Part shown: positions 26,283 to 38,349 of the stretch, one piece after another
Layout: the number at the start of each line of letters is the position of its first letter
How positions within the stretch are numbered: position 1 is the first letter of the stretch
Assembly: GCA_964016885.1 (NCBI GenBank)
Contig: OZ024741.1
Coordinates: 263,066,001 to 263,130,000 of the forward strand
Length of the DNA stretch: 64,000 nt
From: Eledone cirrhosa
Lineage: Eukaryota
Reading direction: 5' to 3'
Position numbers and translations under genes: made by a program
The notes under the pieces: model-generated
The model's input: the letters and a program-made list of their open reading frames with translations, nothing else
Databases searched by the model: none
What the model was told of the DNA's origin: nothing

Positions 26283-29220
26283 TTCGTTTCTGAATTTGTT
26301 TAGCAAGATTCTTTATCAGAAATCGTGTGTTGAAACCGATATTGTTATACTTTGGGAGGGTCATGTTGCCAATAAGAAACACACGCACCAGTTGCTTTCA
26401 CTTCAATTTATTATAATAAATTTATAATAAATTTATAAATTTATAAATTTCTCGTTGGTTGGTTGGTTCCACAACCAGATAGTTGTTTATATATTGTCAT
26501 AGTTCTTTCGTCACACACTCTGTGACCTCTTCAGTGACTGGGGATTCCTTTCTTTGTTTCTGTGCCTCTCCTTTGTTCTGTCCTACGCCATTTTGTTTCT
26601 GTGTGTGTGTTGTGTGCTCAATCTACGCATGCGCCACATCCGGGTGTCTGTGTGTGTTTATGTTCATTTATTTATTTGTTTATTTACATATTACTGGTTG
26701 GTTGTTTGTTCTATGTGTGTGTGTGTTTTCATTTTGTCCTTAATTGTAAGTTGTGATGTTGCTGTTCCATTCATGTTTTCTATTTAATTTTGGTTGTAAT
26801 TCTTTTATGTTTATTGCCTTTGTAATTTGTCTAAACATTGCGTCTTTTCTGTGTGTAGATTCTATTTTTATTTCTATGTTCTCTAATTTACCCTTGTGTT
26901 CTATTTTAGCATGTTGGTAGAGTACAGATGATTCTTTACTATCTTGAAGGTCTCGCCAGTGTTCATTTATCCGTTCCCCTACACTACGAGCTGTCTCACC
27001 TATGTACACTATATTTTTGTCTCTACATTGTCCTTCAGTACATCTTATGCTATACACTACATTTCTAGTTTTACAGTTAATATGGGGGCTTATTTTACAG
27101 GTTATACATTTCTTATCTATACATGAGGGTCTTTGAGAAGGGTATGTCTTGCTAATAAGTGTTTTTACGGAGGTACCTGGTCCTTCTACTATCTTAATAT
27201 TGAGTTTATGTTTATTTAGGGCCCTTCTAAATTTGTAAGCTAATTCACCTCTAGGGGTTGTATCGATGAACATTACACTCTGGTATTTATTGCTATCATA
27301 CCATGAGTTTATTCTATTAGCCTTGTTCCTAGTTCTTTCTATTCTATTCCAAAATTTGCTCAATATGTGTCTCTCTAGTTCTTCGGGGTTGCACATGCGG
27401 GACACGTTTCTCATCACCCGTACCAAATCCGCAATCAGTATGTTGATTTTGGTATGGTCCGAAACAGCCAAGTTTCGGTGGATCAGATGTTTGGAAGTCA
27501 TGGGTTTGGCATAATGGGAATGGAGGATTTGTTTTTTGTTGTTAATGGTATCTAACCAGAGCTCTGTGTCTAGTACAGGTAATCGATGGTTGGGGTGTTT
27601 ACTTGGGTAGTCTATAGTAACTCTAATGCTCTGGTGGATGGAGTTTGCTATTTGCTGGATGCTTTCCATTGTGTTTTTCTCTAGTTCCTGACTGTTCTCT
27701 AGTGGGGGTGTCTTAACTACGATGTTTATATCATCAACGTAACGGGAGTACATTATCAGGGTTAAGGGGTCTTCTAATTGTTCTTTAAGATTAAGTTTGA
27801 GTCTACTGTCCCACCATACCATGAATAAGTTAGCTATGTCGCCTGCAATGCTAACACCAATGGCTGCTCCTTCCTCTTGGGCATATGTTTTTCCATTAAA
27901 TTTGAACATATGTTCCTTAAGGGTTAGTTTTATGCTGGCCCCTACCGCATGTGCAATCATTTTCTTCAGTTCATCGTGGTTTTCGGGTGTCCATATGGCT
28001 CTGGTCCACCCGTTCCATCTATCTGTGTGGGTTTTCTTGGCCATTGAGGTAATGGTAGGTGGTCTGCCTCTTGCTGGTCTTGTAGGGCACAGGTTGCTAA
28101 GGTCATATGTGTCTAGGTAATTATTACTATAGGTAAGTTTAAGTAGGAGTCCCAGCTCACTGGTATCAATCCCACGGAACTCAACCTTGCTCTCACTGAT
28201 CATTTCTACGCATTTCTCCACAGCAAAATCCACGTCAATAGATGGATACAGGGACACAACATCCATACTGCCTATTATGCAGTTTGTTAGGTCCCTAGAT
28301 CGGTTACTCACGCTGATTCTGCTGAGGAGGTCCTCCGTGCTGTCACATACATCTGGGGACATTTCAATGATGGGGCGTATGATCAGGGAGAGGAAGTAGG
28401 ACAGTCTGTAGTTACTAGCAATGTTAGCTCCACAGACTGGCCGTGTTGGTGGTCCCGCGACAGGGTCACTGCCCGTTTTATGGTCTTTTCGAAGCCCATA
28501 CAACGCCGGCACGTCATTGTTCCAGGCCTGGAAGTTGTTGGCAGTCCTTTTGTTGGGCTGCATTATATTCGTCCACATCACCATATGGGCATTGAGGGCT
28601 TTTTCTCTATCCTCATGCTCCTGTGGTGTTACCTCTCTTGTGTTAGTGATGTGGGGTTGCATTGCCTGGATGTAGTTTGGCAGGCTGTCAACTGACATTC
28701 TGCCAGACTTGTCTGTTGGAAAGCATGCTATCTCTCCATTACGTGAGCGCTGCATGAGCTTACGCAAGCCATTTGCAGATTTTTCTCCCAGTTGCGGGGC
28801 CTCCATTCTATTATGCTTCTTGCTATACTGTTCTATAATATTTCTAAGTTCGGATCTAGCTATACTAAATTGTGCTTCTGTTTGTTCATCGACCTGCGAC
28901 GGCAATTGCGTGCATTTGTTAAATGGTAAAGTCGTGGCGTGGACTCGTCGCAGGTCGAACGATTTATCGGAGGGATTATAAAACGTAGAGTTCCAGTCTG
29001 CTGCTTTATGTGTACTAGTGCTATTGTTATTGTTAGTTGTGTTGTTTCTATTTCTATTTCCACCAACAGCCTCATGGTTGTTTCTATGTCTCTCATAATT
29101 ACTCCTGTCTCTTTCCACTGGCTCATTGTTGTTATCTACCCTATTTTGTGTGTCTGTGTGTTCGTCTTGGTTATTTTCTTTGTCCTTAGTCTCCCTTCTC
29201 CTTTTAATCCTATTAAGAAC
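26281..29220 (-). mobile_element. Penelope-like retroelement family A (RT + GIY-YIG), 5' truncated, with 3' UTR ending in (TA)n
   Basis: ORF 26740-29229 has RT motifs (LRKDHK, RPVCGA, MDVVSLYPSI, GAAIG, YSRYVDD), a Cys-rich linker and GIY-YIG (NVVYSIRC..YIGETARSVGERINEH). It carries a 43-aa in-frame deletion near 27360 relative to the copies at 40-42 kb. Confidence 0.92.
26496..26538 (-). ncRNA. Minimal type I hammerhead ribozyme in PLE-A 3' region
   Basis: GTCA-CTGAAGA-G-GTCACA gagtg TGTGAC-GAAA-GAAC-TA-TGAC. Confidence 0.75.
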
Positions 29221-30330
29221 TACACCCAAATCCTGCTCAAATCACATCTTAGCCATGCCCAAGACTTGGCCAAACTACACCCAAATCTTGCTCAAATCAC
29301 ATCTTAGCCATGCTCAAGACTTGGCCAAACTACACCCAAATCTTCCTCAAATCACATCTTAGCCACGCTTCAAACTTGCCCAAACTACACCCAAATCTTC
29401 CTCAAATCACATCTTAGCCATGCCCAAGACTTGGCCAAACTACACCCAAATCTTCCTCAAATCACATCTTAGCCACGCTTCAAACTTGCCCAAACTACAC
29501 CCAAATCTTCCTCAAATCACATCTTAGCCATGCCCAAGACTTGGCCAAACTACACCCAAATCTTCCTCAAATCACATCTTAGCCACGCTTCAAACTTGCC
29601 CAAACTACACCTAAATCTTGCTCATATCACATCTTAGCCATGCCCAAGACTTGGCCAAACTACACCCAAATCTTCCTCAAATCACATCTTAGCCATGCCC
29701 AAGACTTGACCAAACTACACCCAAATCTTCCTCAAATCACATCTTAGCCATGCCCAAGACTTGGCCAAACTACACCCAAATCTTGCTCAAATCACATCTT
29801 AGCCACGCTTCAAACTTGCCCAAACTACACCCAAATCTTGCTCAAATCACATCTTAGCCATGCCCAAGACTTGGCCAAACTGCACCCAAATCTTCCTCAA
29901 ATCACATCTTAGCCATGCCCAAGACTTGCCCAAGCTACACCCAAATCTTCCTCAAATCACATCTTAGCCATGCTTCAAACTTGCCCAAACTACACCCAAA
30001 TCTTGCTCAAATCACATCTTAGCCATGCCCAAGACTTGGCCAGACTACACCCAAATCTTCCTCAAATCACATCTTAGCCATGCCCAAAACTTGCCCAAAC
30101 TACACCCAAATCTTCCTCAAATCACATCTTAGCCATGCCCAAGACTTGGCCAAACTACACCCAAATCTTCCTCAAATCACATCTTAGCCATGCCCAAGAC
30201 TTGGCCAAACTACACCCAAATCTTCCTCAAATCACATCTTAGCCATGCCCAAAACTTGCACAAACTACATCCAAATCTTGCTCAAATCACATCTTAGCTA
30301 TGCCCAAAACTTGCCCAAACTACATCCAAG
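29217..30330. repeat. 55-bp minisatellite (about 20 copies)
   Basis: tacacccaaatcttcctcaaatcacatcttagccatgcccaagacttggccaaac repeats at 29221, 29276, 29331 and onward. Confidence 0.95.
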
Positions 30331-30702
30331 ATTTTCACAATCTCCACCCATGGTTCAATGCCTACTTTAGCCACACCCACCTCACTCAAACCCCACTTAA
30401 CTCACAAAACTCACCTTAGTCAAAAAACTCAGCTTAGTCACACCCAAAAGTCACTCAAAGTTTACCTATGCCAAACCTAAGGCCCAAACAAACCTTCCCA
30501 GGACCCACCCAAGCCTCACCGAGAACAGAGATGATTGCCGCATACATACAGCAAGTAACACCTAAGCCACATAAGCCACACCCAAGCCACACCCAGAGCA
30601 GAGATGATTAAGCAGTGTACTTACAGTAAATATCCCACGCAAGCCACACTGATGTCTACCCAGATCACACCCAGAACAGAAATGATTAAGTCATGTACTT
30701 AC

Positions 30703-30801
30703 AGCAAGTATGCCACTGAACTGTTGAGAGAGTTGCATCACTAATCCAATAATGAGCTGCTTACGGAGGTCTTCCTTGAACATCAACTCCCAGATACTGA
30801 T
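30703..30801 (-). CDS. SLC2A1-like: GLUT exon (TM7): ISIWELMFKEDLRKQLIIGLVMQLSQQFSGILA
   Basis: (ct)n-cctaag acceptor and gtaagt donor; 99 nt, phase 0/0; QLSQQFSG signature. Not in the ORF track. Confidence 0.92.
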
Positions 30802-30867
30802 CTTAGGAGAGAGAGAGATAGAAGGACAGTTAGAGAGTGAGAAGGAGTGAGGGGGAGGGAGTGAGGG

Positions 30868-30920
<53 letters not shown>

Positions 30921-30924
<4 letters not shown>

Positions 30925-31088
30925 AATATAGAAATGGCTTCTACAGGACTAGAACTGTTTCATTCGAAGGAAATCATCAAAATGATTAAGTAATGTTCTT
31001 ATAGCAAGTATCCCACTCAAGGGCTTTACTGATGATTTCCTTCAAATGAAACAGTTCTAGTCCTGTAGAAGCCATTTCTGTATTAAAT
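30921..31088. repeat. Fold-back element (59-bp arms) with a degenerate hammerhead motif
   Basis: 30921-30979 is the reverse complement of 31030-31088. The right arm reads GGCTTTA-CTGATGA-tttccttcaaat-GAAA-CAG..CTG-TA-GAAGCC. The same family occurs at 57086-57146. Confidence 0.7.
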
Positions 31089-31423
31089 CTTGTATATATA
31101 CTCTACTATGTATTGAATACCTTACTTACACACACATATACAAGTATGATTCAAGAAAAACAGAAATAACTAAATCAGAGGGCGAAATTTATTGGTGTTT
31201 GATCTTTTCTTAAACATCTTTCTGTACAATAGCCATCTTCATGCACTCTTCTCCTTGGAAATCGTAACATAACCTTTTTAACTGGATAAATAGCATACAC
31301 TGTGCAAGGAACACGTGAAAAAATATTTGGTAATCAAGCTCCATATTTATTTTGTTTGCGCATCTGATCTACACAAGCGAAATTTAATTTGACTTATCTT
31401 TGTGATATATATATACATATATA

Positions 31424-31742
31424 CAGTTGTCCCCTGATATTTGCAGGGTTTACGTTCCTACAGCACCCGCAAAGAGTGAAAAACCACTAATATTGGATGG
31501 GGTCCATAAAAATGCCTATAACGTCAAAACATAACATAAAATATAGGCCGGCAAATACTTTATATTGTTATTAATAATTTAGCATTAAAAAGTGTAAAAA
31601 AATATATATTGCCACAAAAATCTATTAAAAAATCTATTTTTACGATTCCACGAATATGTGGTGGTTTCCACAAACAATTGTTAGTTAGGTTCTAAGGAAA
31701 ATTCCGCAAATAACCGGGACCACAAATACCAGGGTTACACTG
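31424..31742. mobile_element. Tigger/pogo-like MITE
   Basis: TA-CAGTTGTCCCCTGATATTTG ... CAAATACCAGGGTTACACTG-TA: imperfect TIRs flanked by a TA target-site duplication (TSD). Confidence 0.7.
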
Positions 31743-31809
31743 TATATATATATATATATATTATTCAAAATATTAATAAATGAAGACATTCACATAATCA
31801 AAATATATG

Positions 31810-31871
31810 TTTTATTATATATATTTCTGAGGTACTGTGCTGTTTTTTCAGTACGTCCTCGTCAGATAAAA
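31810..31871 (-). ncRNA. Hammerhead ribozyme motif (left arm of fold-back)
   Basis: TTTTAT-CTGACGA-GGACGTACTG..CAGTACCTCA-GAAA-TATATA-TA-ATAAAA; the stem II base pair is disrupted. Confidence 0.6.
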
Positions 31872-32017
31872 TACATGAATTGATGTATGACATACCTTAA
31901 TGGTCTTGATGGTTCAATTCCAGTATTGGCAGTATTGGCAGTATTCAATCCCAGTACTGCCAATACTGGAATTGAACCATCAAGACCATTGAGGTATGTC
32001 ATACATCAATTCATGTA

Positions 32018-32079
32018 TTTTATCTGACGAGGACGTACTGAAAAAACAGCACAGTACCTTCGAAATATATATAATGAAA
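32018..32079 (+). ncRNA. Hammerhead ribozyme motif (right arm of fold-back)
   Basis: TTTTAT-CTGACGA-GGACGTACTG..CAGTACCTTC-GAAA-TATATA-TA-ATGAAA. Confidence 0.75.
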
Positions 32080-32222
32080 CATATATTTTGATTATGTGAA
32101 TGTCTTCATTTAATAATATTTTGAATAATATTAATAACTCCAGAAAACTTCTTTGTAGAGTGCTTTTAATCTATTGTAAAACTATATTCATTGAGTAATC
32201 AATGAACCATATTAATCTTTGG

Positions 32223-32255
<33 letters not shown>

Positions 32256-32350
32256 CAGGTAGTGTAACGGGAAGTTACTGTAGGTTCACCCAGGTGAGCA
32301 CTAGATGTATAGGTTCACATCAGTGGCGAGGTGTAGAGCTAAACAGAGTG

Positions 32351-33709
32351 TCATCATCATCATCATCATCAACGTTTAACGTCCGTGTTCCACGCTTGCA
32401 TGGGTTTGGACGGGGGTAGTCCCACTTGAGGCAAGAGTGATTGTCTTGCTCGCATAGGACTGTCTGGCAGGTTTTCTACAGTTGGATGCCCTTCCTAACA
32501 CCAACCACATTTACAGTGTGGGTCTGGGAGGTTTTTACCGTGTTGCCTACACGGCCACATTACAGCGTGGACTGTGTGTTTTTTTGTCGTGACACCTACA
32601 CGATCTCATTTGTTTCGGCCCGGATGGCGCGGCACCAACATAACTTTACATAGGACGGGGTGGTGTGGATGGGGTGGGGGTGGTGGTGGTGGGACGGGGT
32701 GTATTTTGTTAGAGATGCCTACTGGCAAGGCGGGTCTTCTCTGTTACTGAGTACCGCCAAAGGTCTCGGTCCAGTGACATTGTCTTGGAGAGGTGTAAGT
32801 GTGTGAGGTCGGAGTTTATCAGCTCGTCCCAGGTTTTTCTAGGTCTGCCTATTCCGTGGCTACCGTCTATCTTTATTGCCCTGCACTTTGTTATACAGCT
32901 ATCGACTTTCATGCGCATCACGTGTCCATACCAACGTAGCCTTCTCTCGAGTAAACAACATCTGATCCCTCTTATCTCTAATTTTTTCCTTAGTTCGTTT
33001 ATGCTTTGCCGTTCACGTATATTACTGTTACACATCCAGCGGAGCATGCAAGCTTCGTTCCTCTCTAGTCTGCGTATATCCTCTGCACACAATGCCCAGG
33101 TCTCACTGCCATGCAACATTGCTGTTCGTATGCAGGCATCGTACAACCTGCCTTTCATTTTTAGGGAGAACCCTTTAGCAGCTAATAGTGGTATAAGCTC
33201 TCTGAACTTTTTCCAACCAGTTCTGACTCTAGCTACAGTACTTTCAGAGCACCCTCCCCCACTGCTGATTTTATCGCCCAGGTAACGGAAGCTGTCCACT
33301 ATTTCTATAGAACCCTCTGCGCAATTGAAAGAGCTAGTATTGTGTGGGCACTTGCTGCTACTTATTGCACCAGAACACCGGCCACATGTAAAATCTATGT
33401 TCTTAGTTAGCTTACCTGTGATCCCACTACATCTTTTATGCACCCATACTTTGCATTTAGGACACAAAATGGAGTTTCTACCTACGCCTTTCCTACACAC
33501 CGAGCACGACCATTTCCCAGAAGGGACCGCCGCCTTGTTTTCTTTCCTACAAACTAGAACTTTGGTCTTAGCCAGGTTAATTTTAAGTCCTTTTGACTCT
33601 AGGCCGTGCTTCCATGTTTGGAATTTCTTCTCTAGCTCGGCCATTGATTCCGCTATGAGTGTCAGGTCGTCTGCGTATAGGAGTTCCCATGGGCAGCCTG
33701 TCTTGAACT
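32351..33709 (-). mobile_element. RTE-clade LINE, 5' truncated
   Basis: RT C-terminus (WELLYADD, Cys/His finger, FRYLG, LHGSETW), 3' UTR and (GAT)n tail; near-identical to 48518-49909. Confidence 0.9.
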
Positions 33710-33974
33710 CAATAATACAAGGACAATTTGTAAAGTCTTCATTATGTTTATTGGCTGGTGACGTGCGTTTCGCTACTGATCAGTTCGAGGTTCAATCTGT
33801 ATTGATCTGGCCCAACTCTGGAATCAAAAGCTCGTTGGACCTCTGCTGTTGTAATGACAGAATGAACATATGTTCAATACAGATCGAACCTTGAGCTGAT
33901 CGATAGTCTAACGCGCGTCACCAATCAATAAACGTAATGAAGGCTTAACAAATCATCCTTGCATTATTATTATT

Positions 33975-34062
33975 AACTTTGCTTTCATCCTTATGAGGTC
34001 GATAAAATAAAGTACCAGTAATGCACTGGGTAATTGCTGGCCTTGTGCCAAAAAGTAGAAAC
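33975..34062 (+). mobile_element. Octopus-type SINE fragment
   Basis: actttgctttcatccttatgaggtcgataaaataaagtaccagt...ggccttgtgccaaaa is the reverse complement of the SINE at 34420 and 60811. Confidence 0.6.
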
Positions 34063-34419
34063 AATTATTATTATTATTATATATATATATCAAAATATTG
34101 ATTATTACGTAAAATTATTAATCATATTGTCTGACAAAAATATAATTAAACCAAAATGTTAAAAATAGTCACTGTTAGAACCTAAAGTCAGCTCTACTAA
34201 TATAAGATTTAAGAGTAAGAAATTGTCTAGACAAAGGTTTCCACATAATATGAGTGTTTGTACAATTATATAGGTGCAATGAGATAAAAAGATCTGAGAG
34301 TAAAGTTGTTAGAAGATCGATTCTTATCCATATATATGAAATAGCAACATCCTCTCCATATCACCCAGTGTTTTACCTAAAAATTGCTGTCTGAAGATGT
34401 TCTGTCATAATTGTATAAT

Positions 34420-34590
34420 TGTTTCTACATTTGGCTCAAGGCCAGCAATTACCCAGTACATTACTGGTACTTTATTTTATCGACCCCGTAAGGATGAAAG
34501 GCAAAGTTAATCTCGGCGGGATTTGAACTCAGATCGTAAAGGGACATAACTATGCTGGAAAGCATGGTGTCTGACTCTCTACCTATACTG
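34420..34590 (-). mobile_element. Octopus-type tRNA-derived SINE
   Basis: B-box-like GAGTTCAAATCC on the minus strand. Its 16-bp TSD gtcataattgtataat lies at 34404 and 36587, split by the nested LINE. Confidence 0.75.
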
Positions 34591-36576
34591 ACATCAATGA
34601 CGATAATATTGAAGATGTGTATGACTGTCTTAAGCAATCAACAGAGGAAGTTGCACTTGCCACCCTACCTAAAAAGAAAAGCCGAAGCCAAATGAAACCT
34701 AGTGCCTCAGAGAAGGTAGTTGAGGAAAGGGCCCATCTTAGGTCAATATCCCAATCTCACCATCAATCACCATCTCAAGGGAAAAAGATACAGCTTATCA
34801 TGGCCAAAAAATCACTAGACAACGCTTATCTTAATGCTGAAGCCGACTATATCTCAGATAGGATTGATCAGCTATCGCAACATCACATCAGCAAACACCA
34901 TCATCTTGCTTGGAAGGTTGTCAAAGATCTTTCAGGCAAAAACTCAAACTCTGCAGTTAGAATCAAAGGAGGCTCTGCCAAAAAACGTCTTGAAAATTGG
35001 TCTGCTCATTTTAAAAACCTTCTAGGGAAAAAGGCCAGACTCCCTGCCATCCGTTCAGGTTTCAGAGCCTTTCGCCATGCCTGAGCTCAAAGAAGCCATC
35101 AAACAGCTCAAAGCCTCAAAAGCCTTTGGGCCGGATAATATACCTACTCTGATTTGGAAGGATGAGCATTTCCACATCCTTTTGCTCAACCTATGTAACC
35201 ATACTTTCGAGACCAATAAACCACCTAGTGTCTGGCATGCAGCTCAAATTATCCCCATGCCCAACAAAGGAGATCTTTCTTTAGCCACCAACTATAGAGG
35301 AATTTCTCTCATGGCAATTGCTGCAAAAATATACAACAAGCTTCTCCTTAACCGCTTAATTCCATTTCTTGAGCCAATCCTTCGTAACAACCAGAATGGA
35401 TTTAGGAGAGGTAGATCAACACTTAGCCAGATTCTCTGCCTTCGCCGTCTTATAGAGGAGTCCCAAAACCGCAATCTAGACCTTGCCCTCATCTTTGTTG
35501 ATTTTTCAAAAGCCTTCGACTCAGTTGACAGGTCGGGGATGTTTGAAATTCTACAACTCTATGGGATTCCTGATAAAATCATCGCGGCCATACGTATAAT
35601 GTATACAGATACCAAATCAACTGTCCTGACCCCAGATGGGGAAACACCACCTTTCTCAATCCTCGCTGGAATTTTACCCTTGCTCCGTATCTATTTATCA
35701 TTGTTGTGGATTATGTTTTGCGCATGTCTGTGGATAGGATTCAGGATAGGGGATACCAACTACAGCCTAGGAGAAGCTCACGCTACCCAGCAAAATACTT
35801 GACCGACACCGACTTTGCTGACGACATCGCATTGATCAGTCGGTCACTGAAAAATGCTGAGAGTCTTTTAAAGTCATTAGAGCAAGCGTCCAACTGTGTT
35901 GGACTGTACCTCAACGAATCCAAGACTGAGTATGTGAACAGATGCGCAAACAGCCCAAACTACCCCATCAGAACCCTTAATGGTACCACCCTTAAGCAGG
36001 TGGAAGATTACAAGTATCTTGGCTCATATATCTCCTCCTCCAAAAAAGATTTTCTAACCAGGAAGGGTATGGCATGGTCAGCGTGCAATGACATGCACGC
36101 CATATGGACATCTCAACTTACCAACAAGCTAAAACTGGAAATATTCCAAGCAACCATTAAGCCCATATTACTTTATGGATCCGAAACTTGGACACTAACA
36201 TCACAACTTGAGAGGAGATTGGATGGCACATATACCCGCCTCTTAATGAGAGTGCAAAACCTATCCTGGAAACGACATCCCACCTTGTCTAAAATCTATG
36301 GCAAACTCCCTCGAGCCTCTGCCCTTCTAAAATCCCGGAGAGCTCAATTTGCTGGCCACTGTCACCGTGCCAGCAATGAAATCATATCCGCTCTCTTGCT
36401 CTGGAACCCTGACTCCAGCCTGACTAGGAGTAGGAAGCTGTCATTCCCTGACGTTATCTCTATGGGTTATAGGGGAATCAGTAGACAGGACCTGGTGGCA
36501 GCGATGGGAGACAGGGAATTCTGGGGTATGAGAGTGAGATCCATCACCTCGACAGTAGTCGACGAGTGATGTGATG
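34591..36576 (+). mobile_element. Second RTE/RTE-X-like LINE family, 5' truncated and frameshifted
   Basis: ORFs 34617-36569 contain YRGISL, QNGFRRGRST, DFSKAFDSV, DFADD, YKYLG and LLYGSETW; short gtgat tail; TSD acctatactg at 34581 and 36577. Confidence 0.88.
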
Positions 36577-37031
36577 ACCTATACTGGTCATAATTGTATA
36601 ATACATATATATATCCTAAACGGACGTTAGTCCGTTTAGTAATATTGTTGTGGTCGTGTTTTCGTTGGCAATCGTCTGTTTACGACAGTACAGCGCGGCT
36701 CTACTTTATTTAACTGAGATAAAACTTATATGAGCATGAACAGTAGATCATTACACATCTTTTGGCTTAAAAATCTAGAAATTTGGTCCAGCGGGAAAAA
36801 GTTTATAATCAAAGTTTGCTGATAAATCTTGTGTTCAAGTGAGTGAGTAGTAAGCGTGACGCTAGGGGAGGTAATCCAGAAATGACGTAGCTTTGTCATT
36901 AAGCCAGTTGCCTCAACTAGATTGCAATTATACTCAAAAGAACTTTAAAATGTCAATCACTTGTCAGTAATTCACTATGATCATTTGATTATTAGATAGT
37001 TGTTGCTTGCATTGCCTTAAAAAAATAGTAG

Positions 37032-38023
37032 ACCAGATAGAAAAATGCGTACAATATTGTTGGAATATAAACCTTTAAAAATACAGGACAAGAAACTAAA
37101 ATAAAACTTCAAAAGAATAGGACAAGAAACTAAGATAAAACTTTAAAGAATTGGACAAGAAATAAAAAATTTTACAATAATATTAGTGGCAAAATTTTTT
37201 TATTCGTTTCCTGTGCTATGCCCCAGTATCTTCTTGATTAATGAATAATAATTGTCATGCTCTCATTGTGCGTTGCCCCTGAGCGGTTGGTTCTGGTTGG
37301 GGTTGGTTGGGTGAGCAGTTCTGCTCCGTCAGAATGACCATTGCAAGAAGAATTGGCCGATGCAGCTGCAGGTGTCCTCCAAGAATGCACTTCTGGTCCC
37401 GCAACACCAGACGAAGATGGAGAAGACGACCGGGACAAGATGTCGACTCTGACCACCAACTACGGCACCTCCCTCAACCACCGGTCCTCCCTCCCTCTTT
37501 CCCGTCATCCCTCCAGTCCTCCTGCTCCCCCTTCCTGTTCCAGAAAGCTGTGGCACGCATTCATCTGGACTGCCGGACTTGAACTCAAGGACAAGATGCA
37601 AGGAGAAGATGGACGGGTTGGTCAAGATCAAGGATGAGCGGGACGACAAGACCGTCCGCTGCTGCTCAAGATCTGTGCTCATGGGCCCATGGGTCCATTC
37701 ACATTGTGCATGACACATGAGGCGTGTCGCCGAATGATGAAATAGGGGTATGGTTATGGCCCAATTGGTGTTCAAACCAGGATCAAATGATCCCCCCGGT
37801 CTGACGACGACCTCTGAATGTGGAACTCGATTTTTTACCAATAAAAATTTTGCCACTAATATTATTGTAAAATTTTTTATTTCTCGTCCAATTCTTTAAA
37901 GTTTTATCTTAGTTTCTTGTCCTATTCTTTTAAAGTTTTATTTTAGTTTCTTGTCCTGTATTTTTAAAGGTTTATATTCCAACAATATTACTTTTTTTTG
38001 CTGTACGCATTTTTCTATCTGGT
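37032..38023. mobile_element. Long-TIR non-autonomous DNA element (Foldback/MULE-like) with a GC-rich interior
   Basis: About 170-bp inverted repeats (37032-37200 and 37843-38023), themselves built from ~36-bp subrepeats (ggacaagaaactaa). Confidence 0.7.
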
Positions 38024-38205
38024 GTATTAATGTATGTATATATATATGTATTAATGTATGTATATATAAATGTATATGTGTATGTAAGTATATATACTCA
38101 TCTTTTTCCATTTCTCCGAGGGTTCTTTAATTTCTTTAGTCAAAATACGGCGATAGCTTACATTTATAATAATTTCAGACCCGCTCGCTGTTTCGAAAAT
38201 ATTCC

Positions 38206-38240
<35 letters not shown>

Positions 38241-38250
38241 ATATCCATAC

Positions 38251-38339
38251 CTTAGGCTCTGCTTCACACATCCTCTGTTCATGTTTCATATCTTCAATAT
38301 CCACCTCCACATCAAAATTACCTCGGAGTAACACAAGTG
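38251..38339 (-). CDS. SLC2A1-like: GLUT exon (intracellular loop): (A)LVLLRGNFDVEVDIEDMKHEQRMCEAEPK
   Basis: ttgcag acceptor and gtatgg donor; 89 nt, phase 1/0; LRG motif. Confidence 0.88.
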
Positions 38340-38349
38340 CTGCAATAGA

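Larger units (their letters stand above)
31759..32224. mobile_element. AT-rich fold-back element with hammerheads on both strands (PLE-derived/retrozyme-like)
   Basis: Arms at about 31759-31938 and 31953-32130, a unique tail to 32224, flanked by (TA)n; sister copy at 57160-57625. Confidence 0.8.

Noticed and set aside
32785-33894. Antisense ORFs over LINE/PLE coding regions (also 44271-46588, 48081-49226, 53687-55220)
   Set aside because: They are shadow ORFs of retroelement reading frames with no independent motifs.
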